The notes beneath the pieces were generated by a model, which saw nothing but the letters and a program-made list of their open reading frames with translations, did not search any database and had not been told where the DNA came from. Below, one piece after another: positions 30,969 through 41,932 of a stretch of 64,000 nucleotides of DNA (position 1 is the first letter of the stretch; each line of letters starts with the position of its first letter). This DNA comes from Spirochaetota bacterium (GTDB taxonomy: Bacteria; Spirochaetota; UBA6919; CBDBPB01): positions 192,001 through 256,000 of the forward strand of contig CBDBPB010000004.1 in the NCBI GenBank assembly GCA_965208615.1, given 5' to 3'. The position numbers were made by a program, and so were the translations under genes.

Positions 30969-31604
30969 CTAATATATTAACGGTATTAACTTATACTTAA
31001 CCCTTTTCTTATATTCTACATACTCTTTATGCTTAGACAAAAAAGATTCTTCATAATGAATCCTAAGCAAAAATAAACTAAGAGCAATAATAAATATTAT
31101 AACATTTATTAAACTAAAATATGCTAATATAATCCCAGTGTCCATAACCATATAAGACAAGTAAACAGGATGCCTTACAACCCTATACATATATTTTGTT
31201 TTGATCTCCCTATAACTAACCAATATACCAAAACTTTTATACAGGGATAATAAAGATAGAATAGTAAGTACGGCACCAACTGATACCAATATTAACTCAG
31301 CATCCTCGGATATAAGGTGTATGCTTTTATCAAAACTAAAAAAATAAAAATACATTACTGATAAAATAGACACTATATGAACAAGTATATTGTTTGATGT
31401 ATCCTTATTAGGCTTTCTAATAAGAAATAGAATAGCTACAATAAAATGTATGAAAAACCATAGCATAACAATAAAATAATCAGTCTGTATAAAGTCTTTA
31501 AGAAAACTATATGCTAAATAAAGGGCGTCAATAGCAAATATAATGTTATATACATAAGGTGGGACAGCTTTTAAATAAGTAAATAATACCCTAAAAAAAT
31601 ACAC
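30969..31604 (-). CDS. ICMT/PEMT-like membrane methyltransferase
   Basis: Hydrophobic; YRVVRHPVYLSY, RIHYEESFL, YKKRVKYKLIPLIY. Confidence 0.85.
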   Translation of the reverse strand: MYFFRVLFTYLKAVPPYVYNIIFAIDALYLAYSFLKDFIQTDYFIVMLWFFIHFIVAILFLIRKPNKDTSNNILVHIVSILSVMYFYFFSFDKSIHLISEDAELILVSVGAVLTILSLLSLYKSFGILVSYREIKTKYMYRVVRHPVYLSYMVMDTGIILAYFSLINVIIFIIALSLFLLRIHYEESFLSKHKEYVEYKKRVKYKLIPLIY

Positions 31605-31609
31605 GATAA

Positions 31610-32620
31610 CTAAAATACATAAGATGCACCAAATTTAAGTATTATCTTAGGAAAATTATTAATACCTGTTACAGCCGCATCAGTAAATAGTATTGCTGCA
31701 AAATTATTTGTACTAGCTTCTACTCCCGCAACAATTGAGAATCCTCCCCAGAGTCTAATGCCTAACTCAGTTTCTATATCAACGGTAGTAACAGAAGAGA
31801 CATTATTATTAATATTAGCTATACCTACACCAATACGTATTCCAAATACTATTAACACAGGATCTAAATTTAATTCAATACGATTCCTAATACCTAATAT
31901 ATCCTTTAACCCAGGATCTCCTTGATAAAAATTAGTACTAAGCCAAGAAGTAAAGTTAGCTATACTACCACTATAACCAAAACCAAGCCCTACTTCTACG
32001 TTTGAGTCCTCAGATGAACTCTTTTTAATATTTCCCTCAACATAAGGGGAGATAAAACTAGCAGAATAGTCATGTGTATGTCTAGTACTAAAATAAATCT
32101 GAGGCCATGCCCTTATCCTTATATCATAATTATACCACTGAAATTCTACCGGTAAGTATATATAACTAGAGTCAATAACGAATCTTAATTCAGCCCCCCA
32201 TTCACTACCTATAGCGGGGTACATTCCAATAAGACCTAAAGCAGTTAACTTAAAATTAATAAAGCTTTTATCTTCATCCTTTAGCTCTTTTTTTTGCTTA
32301 TCTTTATCTTTTTTTTCTTTATCATCTGTATCCGGCTTTTTATCAACCACTCTCTCAACCACTCTCTCAACCACTCTCTCAACCGGCCTTTCAACTATCC
32401 TTTCTATTACTCTCTCAACCGGCTTTTCTTTTACCTTTTCCACAGGCTTCTTTATAGGCTTTTCTACTGGTTTTCTTTTTATAGGCTTTTCTACCGGCCT
32501 TCTATCTATTTTCTTTTCTGCCGCCTTTGGATCCCTTACATTTACTGCAGAATAAACATAACAAGGAACTATATAGTAACTTATTAATATAATAATAAAT
32601 AAAGAATAAAATCTTAACAT
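31610..32620 (-). CDS. exported protein with V/E/R/K/P repeats and a probable C-terminal outer-membrane beta-barrel
   Basis: Signal peptide; KPVEKP/VERV repeats; alternating beta-strands ending KFGASYVF (terminal Phe). Confidence 0.65.
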   Translation of the reverse strand: MLRFYSLFIIILISYYIVPCYVYSAVNVRDPKAAEKKIDRRPVEKPIKRKPVEKPIKKPVEKVKEKPVERVIERIVERPVERVVERVVERVVDKKPDTDDKEKKDKDKQKKELKDEDKSFINFKLTALGLIGMYPAIGSEWGAELRFVIDSSYIYLPVEFQWYNYDIRIRAWPQIYFSTRHTHDYSASFISPYVEGNIKKSSSEDSNVEVGLGFGYSGSIANFTSWLSTNFYQGDPGLKDILGIRNRIELNLDPVLIVFGIRIGVGIANINNNVSSVTTVDIETELGIRLWGGFSIVAGVEASTNNFAAILFTDAAVTGINNFPKIILKFGASYVF

Positions 32621-32924
32621 ATCAACTGCCCTATAATTGACTTTTTTTATAAAATAAACAAACTATTTTTTAACTTGTCCCTAATTCTAATTTAACACAG
32701 TTTTTTTATATAAACTATAAAAAATACTAATTCTATAATAAATAACTAATAACATTATAGGTTTTTTAGTAAAAAGCTATGTTGTTATTAAAAATAATCT
32801 AATATAGTTTCGGCTTTATTTTATGAAATTTTTTCTTTATTAGTAGATTAATTTTTTTTTATATAATATAGGCATATTATATTTAATTCTAAGCTTTTGA
32901 TTACAGCATTAAAAACTTTTAGGG

Positions 32925-34508
32925 CTATTCCTTTAATGATAAAGTAAAATAAAAAGTTGTACCCTCATTAACCTTACTCTCTGCCCATATACGTCCACCA
33001 TGCTTATGTACAACTCTTTTTACAGTTGCTAAACCAATACCCGTACCCTCAAAGTCCTTTTCGGAGTGTAGTCTATGGAATACACTGAAAAGCCTGTTTG
33101 AGTACTTCATATCAAAACCAACACCGTTATCCTTAATATAATATACAAGTTCATTATTTTTGTTAATTTTTCCCATTTCAATTAAAGCTTTATCCTTATT
33201 CTTTGTAAACTTCCAAGAATTGCCAATAAGGTTCGAAAGCATAGTCTCCAACAAATACTTATCCCCTAATACTCTCATATCCCCCTTACAAATACACTGA
33301 ACATTCCTATCGGGATAATTAATTTTTAACTCTTCCATAATACCCTTTCCAAGCTCATCAAGCTGTACACTAGAAATCTCCAATTCTCCTTTTCTAACCC
33401 TAAACAGCTTTAACAAGTTATTGGTAAGCATCTCCATACGAGCTACACCGTTTTGTATTCGATTTATATAATCCTTACCAAAATCATCTATAATATCTTT
33501 ATAATCCTCTTCTAATGCACTAGAAAATCCAGAAATACTCCTAAGTGGTGCCCTCAAATCATGGGATACAGAATAAGCAAATGCCTCAAGCTCTTTATTA
33601 ACTGTTTCCAGTTGCTCAGTACGCAGTTTAACTCTACTTTCTAAATCTTCGTTTAGCTTTTTAATCTCTATTTCATTTTTTTTATGCTCGGTTATGTCTA
33701 TAGAAATAAGGTGTATTGCCATAAGCCTATTTAAACTGTTATATATAGGAAAACCATAAGCTAGCCTCCAAAAGCTTTTGCCATCTTTTCTTTCAGTAAT
33801 AATCTCTATGCCATTAGTAGTAATACCTTTACTAGCCTTAGCAAAAATTATATCCTTTACTTCAATATCTGTACCATTTTCATAAAAGTCCTTCCATGTT
33901 TTCTTAAATTTAGATAAAGGTTCACCTATCTCATACTCACCTTTCTCAATACCAAACATCTCTATATACGCTCTATTAAAAACTTCAATTTTCATATCTG
34001 GTGCAGTAATCAAAGACATGGGAATTGGGGATTGTTCAATAACACTATTTAACAAGTATTTCGAGTTAACCAACTCTTTTTGCATTTTTTTATAGTTCTG
34101 TCCTTCTATTAGCAGTTGATTATTCACTTTAAGTAATTCTTCTTCCACCTTATAAACACGCAATGCAACCTGGATATTTGAATATAGTACACAGTTATGG
34201 AATGGTGTTATAATGAAAAGTTCATCAGCTTTTATCTTATTGATAATTCTATCATCATTATTAACAATATAAATAAATGGTACCTCAATAGTATTTCTAA
34301 TTTTATCAGCTATATCTATACTATCTGACCTTTCAGTTATAAGAATTATAATATCCGGTCTATTTCCTTCTTTTATCGAAGTAATGACCTCTTCACCTTG
34401 TGAAAAAAGCCCTATAACTTCATAGCCTCCATTTTCTAATATACTCTTAATACTATGGTTTGTTGACTCTTTATCCTCAATTACCAGAACCTTAGCTTTT
34501 GTGAACAT
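32925..34508 (-). CDS. sensor histidine kinase (degenerate REC-PAS-HisKA-HATPase)
   Basis: ELEAFAYSVSHDLRAPL H-box, NLIGNSWKF, DNGVGF, GTGIGLA; PAS/PAC ending DITEHK. Confidence 0.92.
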   Translation of the reverse strand: MFTKAKVLVIEDKESTNHSIKSILENGGYEVIGLFSQGEEVITSIKEGNRPDIIILITERSDSIDIADKIRNTIEVPFIYIVNNDDRIINKIKADELFIITPFHNCVLYSNIQVALRVYKVEEELLKVNNQLLIEGQNYKKMQKELVNSKYLLNSVIEQSPIPMSLITAPDMKIEVFNRAYIEMFGIEKGEYEIGEPLSKFKKTWKDFYENGTDIEVKDIIFAKASKGITTNGIEIITERKDGKSFWRLAYGFPIYNSLNRLMAIHLISIDITEHKKNEIEIKKLNEDLESRVKLRTEQLETVNKELEAFAYSVSHDLRAPLRSISGFSSALEEDYKDIIDDFGKDYINRIQNGVARMEMLTNNLLKLFRVRKGELEISSVQLDELGKGIMEELKINYPDRNVQCICKGDMRVLGDKYLLETMLSNLIGNSWKFTKNKDKALIEMGKINKNNELVYYIKDNGVGFDMKYSNRLFSVFHRLHSEKDFEGTGIGLATVKRVVHKHGGRIWAESKVNEGTTFYFTLSLKE

Positions 34509-34793
34509 TTAGTTTTCCTTATTAATATACCTACATTTTTAGATTTAATAATAACGAAAGTGCTTTTTTTATAGTTAATCCCGAACAAAAAAAAAACGAT
34601 TTTATAATTAGAAATTATGGTTAAAATCATGCCTATATTATGTTAACATATTTTAACTTACTTATATAAATTGTAACACCTATATGTTATCAATCATTCT
34701 CTTGGCTATTGTAAAAACATTCTTAGGTAAGAATCATTTTTCTTAGAAAATACCTTTTTTATTGTATCCTGAATTCAAATTCAATTATAAAAA

Positions 34794-34822
34794 TTGACAT
34801 ATCTATAATAAAATGTTAGCTT
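34794..34822 (+). promoter_or_regulatory. putative sigma70 promoter TTGACA-N17-TAGCTT with extended TG
   Basis: Perfect -35, upstream of the nitroreductase gene; nearly identical to 29987..30015. Confidence 0.45.
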
Positions 34823-34980
34823 TGATTAAAAAAATAATAATAGACTATTCTATCCTATACATTAATAATTTTTATACCTTAATTTAGCTAACTAACTTTG
34901 TTATATAGTAAATTTTGATTATATTTTCTTTAACAAATAAACATAGTTAATTAATTTATTAAATAATTATAGAATGTAAT

Positions 34981-36604
34981 ATGGTATACAAAGATCATCC
35001 AATACTAGACTATCACGAAACTAGTAAACATCATTATCATAAACTTGCTAATGCTCCACAGTATATGGACTGGGCTAATCAACCTAATCCTTTTAGACAG
35101 TATAAAGGAACAAAACAAATCGAACTCCCCTTACTAAAAAATGATCTCAATGTAAAATATTTAAACCTATATAACCGTAATAATAACCTATTCCAAGAAT
35201 TCAATATAAAAAATATATCATCATTTTTAGAACTATCCCTAGGCATATCCGCTTGGAAAGTTTTAGAGTCCTCCAAATGGTCTCTACGTATAAACCCATC
35301 CAGCGGCAATCTGCATCCAATAGAAGCCTATCTTTTACTACCCCAATTAGATAAAGGTGATCCAGGAATATACCACTATAACGCTTTTTCTCACTCACTA
35401 GAACTAAGAGCAAAATCCTCAACTAATTCTAGTAAATGGCTGTCCCTACACTTCGAAACTAATGGCTTCTTTATTGCCCTATCAACAATATTCTGGAGAG
35501 AATCATGGAAATATGGAGAAAGAGCATTTAGATACTGCCAAAACCGATGTAGGCCATGCCATAGCCTGTATATCATTTTCTGCCAATATCCACGGGTGGA
35601 AAGCCGTATATTTAAATGCCTTATCTGATGACGATATAGACGATATGTTCGGACTAAAAAAACATCACTCAGTAGAAGAAGAAAAAGAACATCCTGCATT
35701 GGCCTTTTTTATACATAATCCAAAAGATAATACTTCTAAACGAGGCGTTCCAAACTACTTTATAGAAAAATGTTCTAATCTTATATTCCATGGTCAGCCT
35801 AACAAACTTAGTAAAACTCATCTAAAATGGAACGGTATTAATTCAATAGCATCTGCCAGCCGTAAAAAAAGATCACCCTCTAAGATTATTACACTCACTG
35901 AAAAAAATATAATAAATAATATAAAATCCGAACTAACTGCTATACAAATTATTCGTAATAGACGAAGTGGTATATCATATGACTGCAAAACTTATATTAC
36001 AAAAAATCAATTAATATCTATACTAGATAAAACCATCCCTAGGTATAACCATGCTCCCTTTGATGCAGAAATAATTGAACCTTCTACCCATCTTCTTCTA
36101 TTCATCCACAGAGTCAAAGACCTAAAAGAAGGATTATACTTTTTAATAAGAAATCCTAAACATCTTGACTCTATTAAAACATCTAGCAACCCCAAGTTTA
36201 AATGGAGTAGTATAACAGAATTACTCCCCTTATACCTCTTAAAAGAAGGTAATTATCAGGAAGAAGCTATTAATATATGCTGTAATCAAAGTATTGCCGG
36301 TGACTGTACTTTTACAGTTGCTATGCTATCCAAATTTAGCGATAATATAAGACAAGGCAATGAACTATATCGTCATCTATTTTGGGAAGCAGGTATGATA
36401 GGTCAAGTGCTATATTTAGAGGCTGAGGCAAATAAACTTAGAGGTACTGGTATTGGATGTTATTTCGATGATGCTATCCATGATATTATGGGTCTAACAG
36501 GATATGCTTATCAATGTCTTTATCAATTTGCAATAGGAGGATATATCGAAAAAGCCCAGCTTAAAACTATACCTCCATACAACCACCTTAATAAGATAAC
36601 TTAA
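34981..36604 (+). pseudogene. SagB/ThcOx-type double nitroreductase-domain protein split by a +1 frameshift at about 35540-35545
   Basis: DWANQPNPFR, LRINPSSGNLHPIE and WKYGERAFRYCQ in ORF1 continue as DVGHA...GQVLYLEAEA...GIGCYFDD in ORF2; removing one base gives about 540 aa. Confidence 0.8.
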
Positions 36605-36743
36605 ATATCATAATAAATTAATACCTCTATAGCATAACACACTAATTTAGACACTTTTTTTAGACTAACATAAAATACTACTATACTTTATAAAAAAATA
36701 AAGTTATCTTAATTTTAAGTGAACTACGTTATGAGGAAAGAAT

Positions 36744-37961
36744 ATGAAAGTTAGAGTACCTATTACACTTAAGAAAAAACATTCTCTATCTGTTATACTT
36801 GATGAACCTATGGTATTACAATCCCATTACTATAATTCTGGTTTGCAAAACCTTATTTTGAACAAAACCAAAAATGATATGTCTTATATACTGATTGACT
36901 CTGCTCACTCTGTCGCCTATGATCAGCTTATTAAGCTTTATGAATATAATAATACTACTGCTTTCGAAGAAAAGCTTACTATCGCGGCTGGTCTATATAA
37001 GATCCTCGGTTTTGGACGCTTGGACTTCTCTAAATTAGAAGATGAGAATATTGTTACTGTTCCCTATAGTAATTATAACTTTTCTTTTGATGGATCTATA
37101 AATAAAAATAGAACTAATTGTTATTTTACTTGTGGATTCATAGAGGCAGTTATATCCTCTGCTAAAAATGAACCTATGGGATCTTATGCTGTTATCGAAA
37201 AAGACTATTCTTATACTAGTGGCCATAGGTCTATATTCCAAGTAACTAAGTTATCTCTACCACGAGCTATTGTAAAAAGTCCTTATATAGGTTCCCTTTA
37301 TGATCCGCCTATTAAGCGCAACCTCCATAATATGCTGGGAGAAGAAGATATTGTTAAAAGCATTACAAGACTTAATATGTCAAGTAATCAAAAGGGACTT
37401 ATTTATTACTTTGGTATTTACTTAACCCGTCACTATGCCAACTATTATAACTTAGTTTCTAATTTATTTATAAAAAAACTGGAAGACTCTAAAAACAATA
37501 TAGGACTATTATTTTATAACTTGGCAGAAAGATCCTCCTACTATACTTTCGGCTCTATTATGAAGTCCAATGAGTGGAATACTATAGTCACTCCCTTTGT
37601 AGATAAAAAAGAGGACTTAGTATACGCTACCGTTGCATGGATTAACTCCCTAAGTTGGGGTACATGGAATATTAAAGAATTAGTTGCCGAAGAAGGTGCT
37701 GTAATAAATATTTTTGGTAGTTATGAGTCTAACGGATATATCGGACTTTTTGGTAAAAGTGCTATTAACTGTTCATGTCATACTGCGGTTGGTACGCTGG
37801 CTGGTCTTATGAATCTTATTTACTTAAATAACTTTCCATTATCTCCAGAGACTGATTATGAAAATATGATTATAAATAATAAATATTCCTTTATAGCAGA
37901 AGAAACCAGATGCCGTTCTAAGGGCGATTCTATCTGTGAAGTCGTAGTTACACGACGATAG
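36744..37961 (+). CDS. tandem V4R-domain protein
   Basis: Two repeats with GFG/WG...C..(T)xGxxxG/A...E..C pattern; C-terminal EETRCRSKGDSICEVVV is typical of V4R. Confidence 0.65.
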   Translation: MKVRVPITLKKKHSLSVILDEPMVLQSHYYNSGLQNLILNKTKNDMSYILIDSAHSVAYDQLIKLYEYNNTTAFEEKLTIAAGLYKILGFGRLDFSKLEDENIVTVPYSNYNFSFDGSINKNRTNCYFTCGFIEAVISSAKNEPMGSYAVIEKDYSYTSGHRSIFQVTKLSLPRAIVKSPYIGSLYDPPIKRNLHNMLGEEDIVKSITRLNMSSNQKGLIYYFGIYLTRHYANYYNLVSNLFIKKLEDSKNNIGLLFYNLAERSSYYTFGSIMKSNEWNTIVTPFVDKKEDLVYATVAWINSLSWGTWNIKELVAEEGAVINIFGSYESNGYIGLFGKSAINCSCHTAVGTLAGLMNLIYLNNFPLSPETDYENMIINNKYSFIAEETRCRSKGDSICEVVVTRR

Positions 37962-37988
37962 ATCTATTAAGTTGGTGGTAATATAAAT

Positions 37989-39314
37989 ATGAGTAAAATA
38001 GAGGCTAGGAACTTTAAAGGCACTAGAGATTATCTTCCTGCTGAGATGATAATCCGTAATAGCATGATTAATAGTATTAAAACGGTTTTTGAGAAATATG
38101 GATTCCTACCGTTAGAGTCTCCTGCAATAGAATATCTAAATGTATTAATGGGAAAGTATGGAGAAGAGGGAGATAAGTTAATATACCGTCTTGATTATAA
38201 GGGTGGTAACGTGGCTGGAATGAAATATGATCTTACTGTCCCTCTAGCAAGGGTTATAAGCCAGCATTCAGAATTATTATTTCCTTTTAAGCGTTATCAA
38301 ATACAACCTGTTTGGCGTGCTGATCGTCCCCAGCCTAATCAGGGACGTTTTAGGGAGTTTTATCAATGTGATGCTGATGTTATTGGTATTAGCTCTCTTA
38401 CTGCTGATGCAGAAATAATAGCTCTGACTTATGAGATCTTGTCCATATTAAATATTGGTAAGTTTGTTATTAGGATTAACAATAGAAAATTACTTTCTGG
38501 AATTATGGAATACGCTGGTTTATCTACTGATAAAGAAGTCGATTTATGCAAAGCTATAGATAAGCTTGATAAGATTGGCATAGAGGGCGTTAGGGGTGAG
38601 CTTGACAAATATGGATTTTCTACTAAGGTAATAAATAGGATTTTTGATTTACTCTCTTTAGAAGGTGAATATCCGGATATAATTAAGGATATTAAAAATA
38701 TTATGTCTAAAAGTGTTTATGCCTCTAAAGCCATTGACGAGTTAGTTGAGGTCTTTAATTATCTTAGCTATATTGGCATACCCAATCATAGTCTAAAGCT
38801 TGACCTATATTTAGTTAGGGGGCTGGATTACTATACTGGTACTATTTATGAGTCTTCATCTATTGAGCTACCCCATATTGGTAGCCTGACTGGTGGCGGA
38901 CGTTATGATAATTTAATTGCTTCATTTGGATATAAAAATACGCCTGCTGTTGGGGTTACTATTGGCCTTGATCGTATATACACTGTACTAAAGCAACTTA
39001 ATGCTATTAATTATAGGAATTCTATATCGGATGTTCTCGTTGCTATTTTTGATAAACATGCCATAAAAAGATCGTTTAGGCTTACTTCCTTGCTTAGGAA
39101 TGCCGGTATTAAAACTGAGATGTTTTATGAGCCTGTTAAATTAAAGAAACAGTTTTCTTATGCCAATAAGAAAAACATCCCTTATGTTGTTCTGCAAGGT
39201 GATTCTGAGTTAAGTAGTGCTAAGATTAGGGTTAAGGATTTACAATCTGGAAACCAGAACTTAGTCGATGAAAATAATATAGTTAATTATTTAAGGTCTC
39301 TATTAGGTGAATAG
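37989..39314 (+). CDS. hisS: histidine--tRNA ligase
   Basis: [45 protein letters not shown]. Confidence 0.97.
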   Translation: MSKIEARNFKGTRDYLPAEMIIRNSMINSIKTVFEKYGFLPLESPAIEYLNVLMGKYGEEGDKLIYRLDYKGGNVAGMKYDLTVPLARVISQHSELLFPFKRYQIQPVWRADRPQPNQGRFREFYQCDADVIGISSLTADAEIIALTYEILSILNIGKFVIRINNRKLLSGIMEYAGLSTDKEVDLCKAIDKLDKIGIEGVRGELDKYGFSTKVINRIFDLLSLEGEYPDIIKDIKNIMSKSVYASKAIDELVEVFNYLSYIGIPNHSLKLDLYLVRGLDYYTGTIYESSSIELPHIGSLTGGGRYDNLIASFGYKNTPAVGVTIGLDRIYTVLKQLNAINYRNSISDVLVAIFDKHAIKRSFRLTSLLRNAGIKTEMFYEPVKLKKQFSYANKKNIPYVVLQGDSELSSAKIRVKDLQSGNQNLVDENNIVNYLRSLLGE

Positions 39315-40092
39315 ATTAGCTGTTATGACCATCGCTGGATCAGATAGCGGTGCTGGAGCAGGTATACAGGCTGATCTAAAGACCTTTTCTGCCTTAGGGT
39401 GCTACGGCACATCCGTTATAACTGCTGTCACTGCTCAAAATACTAAAAAGGTTTACTCAATAATGCCTGTTGAACCCTCTATTGTTGGGGATCAGCTTAA
39501 GGCTATACTCGATGATTTTTCTATTGCCGCTGTCAAAACTGGTATGCTATACTCCAAAGCCATAGTGGAGGTATTATTACATAATATTAAGGGTATATCT
39601 AATTTAGTTGTTGACCCTGTTATGTTATCCACTTCTGGTATGCCTTTACTGTCTGATAACGCAATAGAGTATATTATTGATAATCTTTTCCCTATGACAA
39701 AGCTTATTACCCCTAATCTCTATGAAATGCAGGTTATAGTTGGACGTACTTTACTTAGTCATAGCGATATAGAACTAGCATGCAAAGAGCTATTTAATAA
39801 AATAGCTACATCTATTTTGGTTAAAGGCGGGCATTTTGAGGGCGATGCTTGTGATATATTATTCGATGGAAATAATTTTAATTATTTTAATACCAAGCGT
39901 ATAGACAATATTAAAACCCATGGTACTGGATGTACTTTATCATCGGCTATTGTTTGCTATTTAGCAATGGGATATTCACTTATTAACTCGATCAGCAATG
40001 CAAAAGACTATGTTACCAATGGTATTATTCACTCTTACCCTGTGGGAAATGGATACACTCCACTAAATCATTTTTGGTCCAGAGATATTTAG
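39307..40092 (+). CDS. thiD: hydroxymethylpyrimidine/phosphomethylpyrimidine kinase
   Basis: [36 protein letters not shown]. Confidence 0.96.
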   Translation: MNRLAVMTIAGSDSGAGAGIQADLKTFSALGCYGTSVITAVTAQNTKKVYSIMPVEPSIVGDQLKAILDDFSIAAVKTGMLYSKAIVEVLLHNIKGISNLVVDPVMLSTSGMPLLSDNAIEYIIDNLFPMTKLITPNLYEMQVIVGRTLLSHSDIELACKELFNKIATSILVKGGHFEGDACDILFDGNNFNYFNTKRIDNIKTHGTGCTLSSAIVCYLAMGYSLINSISNAKDYVTNGIIHSYPVGNGYTPLNHFWSRDI

Positions 40093-40169
40093 CTTGACTA
40101 ACAATAAAAAGTCAATACTAACCTATTATAAAACTATATAACAGTTTACATGTAAAAATTTATTATCCT

Positions 40170-40198
40170 TTGACTATTAACTGTATATTTAGTATATT
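40170..40198 (+). promoter_or_regulatory. putative sigma70 promoter TTGACT-N17-TATATT
   Basis: Consensus-like spacing in the intergenic region before the aminotransferase operon. Confidence 0.35.
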
Positions 40199-40535
40199 AA
40201 AATAATATGTCTTACATTAGAAATTAACTCTTTCTTCAATGTTATATTTTCTTGCTCTACAAAGAGGTCTAAAATAGGTTTATTTTGGCGTTATATGTTT
40301 TTAATATAAGCTAAAACTTATTATAAAGTAATACTACTTATTTTTAGCCTTATCAATAATAGCTTTTTATTATATTTATGTAGGCTTGCCCTTTAGAAAC
40401 AGGTTGACACGTTTACTAACAAAGAAATAACTCTATAATAATATAAATTAATTTGTTTTTTTTTTAATAGTCTGTTATAATTACGATTGCTCTAAAAAGT
40501 CATTATAAAAGATACTTATACTTTGGAGGACGTAT

Positions 40536-41926
40536 ATGTCGTTTAGTATAAAGGAACTTATAAGCTCCCGTATGAGTGAAGGATATGACCTTCATAAAAA
40601 ATATATTAATCCTCAATTTGTTAGGGTATTAAAAACTATTGGATTTGATCGAAACTATGTTAAAGGAAATGGGTTATTCCTCTATGACAAACTGGGGAAT
40701 AGATATTTAGACTTTTTAGGGGGTTACGGTGTTTTTAACCTAGGTAGAGAACATCCTAAAATTAAGGATGCCCTTAAGGAGATTTTGGATATAGGCCCTG
40801 CTAACCTGGTTCAGATGGACTGCTCTTTATATAGTGGACTACTGGCTGAAGAATTAGTTAAACGGTGTAAGCCAAATATCGATACTGTTTTTTTTACTAA
40901 TTCTGGGACTGAGGCAGTAGAATGTGCAATTAAGTTTGCAAGATGCTATACCAAAAAAGACTCTATAATACATTGTAATAATTCATTTCATGGTCTTACA
41001 ATGGGAGCTCTTTCTGTTAATGGAGATAATCATTTTACCGATGGCTTTGGAAAACTATTAAACGGGATGATTAATATTCCATTTAATGACCTCGAATCCT
41101 TGGATAAAGCATTAAAAACTAATAAGGCAGCTGCATTCATAGTTGAACCTATACAGGGAAAAGGTGTTAACATAGCAAATAATGACTACTTTTATGAGGC
41201 AAAACGTCTTTGTGATAAATATGGTGTATTATTTATAGTTGATGAGATACAGTGTGGACTTGGAAGAACTGGTAAATTCTTCGCATACGAACATTGGAAC
41301 ATTGAACCAGATATAATCACTATATCAAAGGCACTTAGCGGAGGATATATCCCTGTTGGTGCTGTTTTATACTCCAGGGATATATATAACAAGGTATTCT
41401 CTAGGATGGATCGCAGTGTAGTTCACTCATCCACCTTTGGGGGCAATATTATGGCAATGGTTGCTGGAATAGCTACCCTTAAAGTAATTGATGCAGAAAA
41501 CCTTATTGAAAACGCTTATAACATGGGAAAACTATTTTAAAAATATTATCACCCTTAAAGAAAAAATACGAACTCGTTAAAGATATAAGGGGTATGGGCC
41601 TTATGATTGCCATTGAGTTTGGTAATCCCAAATCGCTAAAAATGAAAACCGCATGGAAGTTCATTCAGGGGGTAAATAAAAATATCTTTTCACAAATGGT
41701 AGTTATACCCCTTTTTAACAAATATAATATTCTTACTCAGGTTGCAGGACATGAAATTAACGTTATTAAATTACTCCCCCCTTTAACTATCACAAAAAAA
41801 GAGCTTGAGTATTTTTCTATGGCCTTAGATAATGTTTTATCCGAATGCCATAAGTTTCCAGGAGCTTTATGGGATTTTGCCGTCGATCTTGTTAAACACA
41901 ATATTAAAGATAGACAAATGGAATAA
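40536..41926 (+). pseudogene. class III aminotransferase, HpnO-like, split by a one-base deletion at about 41534-41537
   Basis: NPQFVRVLKTIGFD, YLDFLGGYGVF, DEIQCGLGRTG and VHSSTFGG in ORF1 continue in the -1 frame as LKILSPLKKKYELVKDIRGMGLMIAIEF...LTQVAGH...KLLPPL; adding one T gives 463 aa. Confidence 0.75.
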
Positions 41927-41932
41927 TCATAG

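Noticed and set aside
34690-34745. Fur-box-like AATCATT repeats
   Set aside because: Only about half of the 19-bp consensus matches, in very AT-rich DNA.
34981-36604. SagB-type protein as the azoline oxidase of a RiPP cluster together with the radical SAM pair
   Set aside because: It is about 9 kb away, separated by housekeeping genes, with no YcaO in the window; this double-domain nitroreductase type commonly stands alone.
41530-41545. Programmed -1 frameshift in the HpnO-like gene
   Set aside because: The zero-frame codons CTA-TTT-TAA do not form an X-XXY-YYZ slippery site; a simple indel is more likely.
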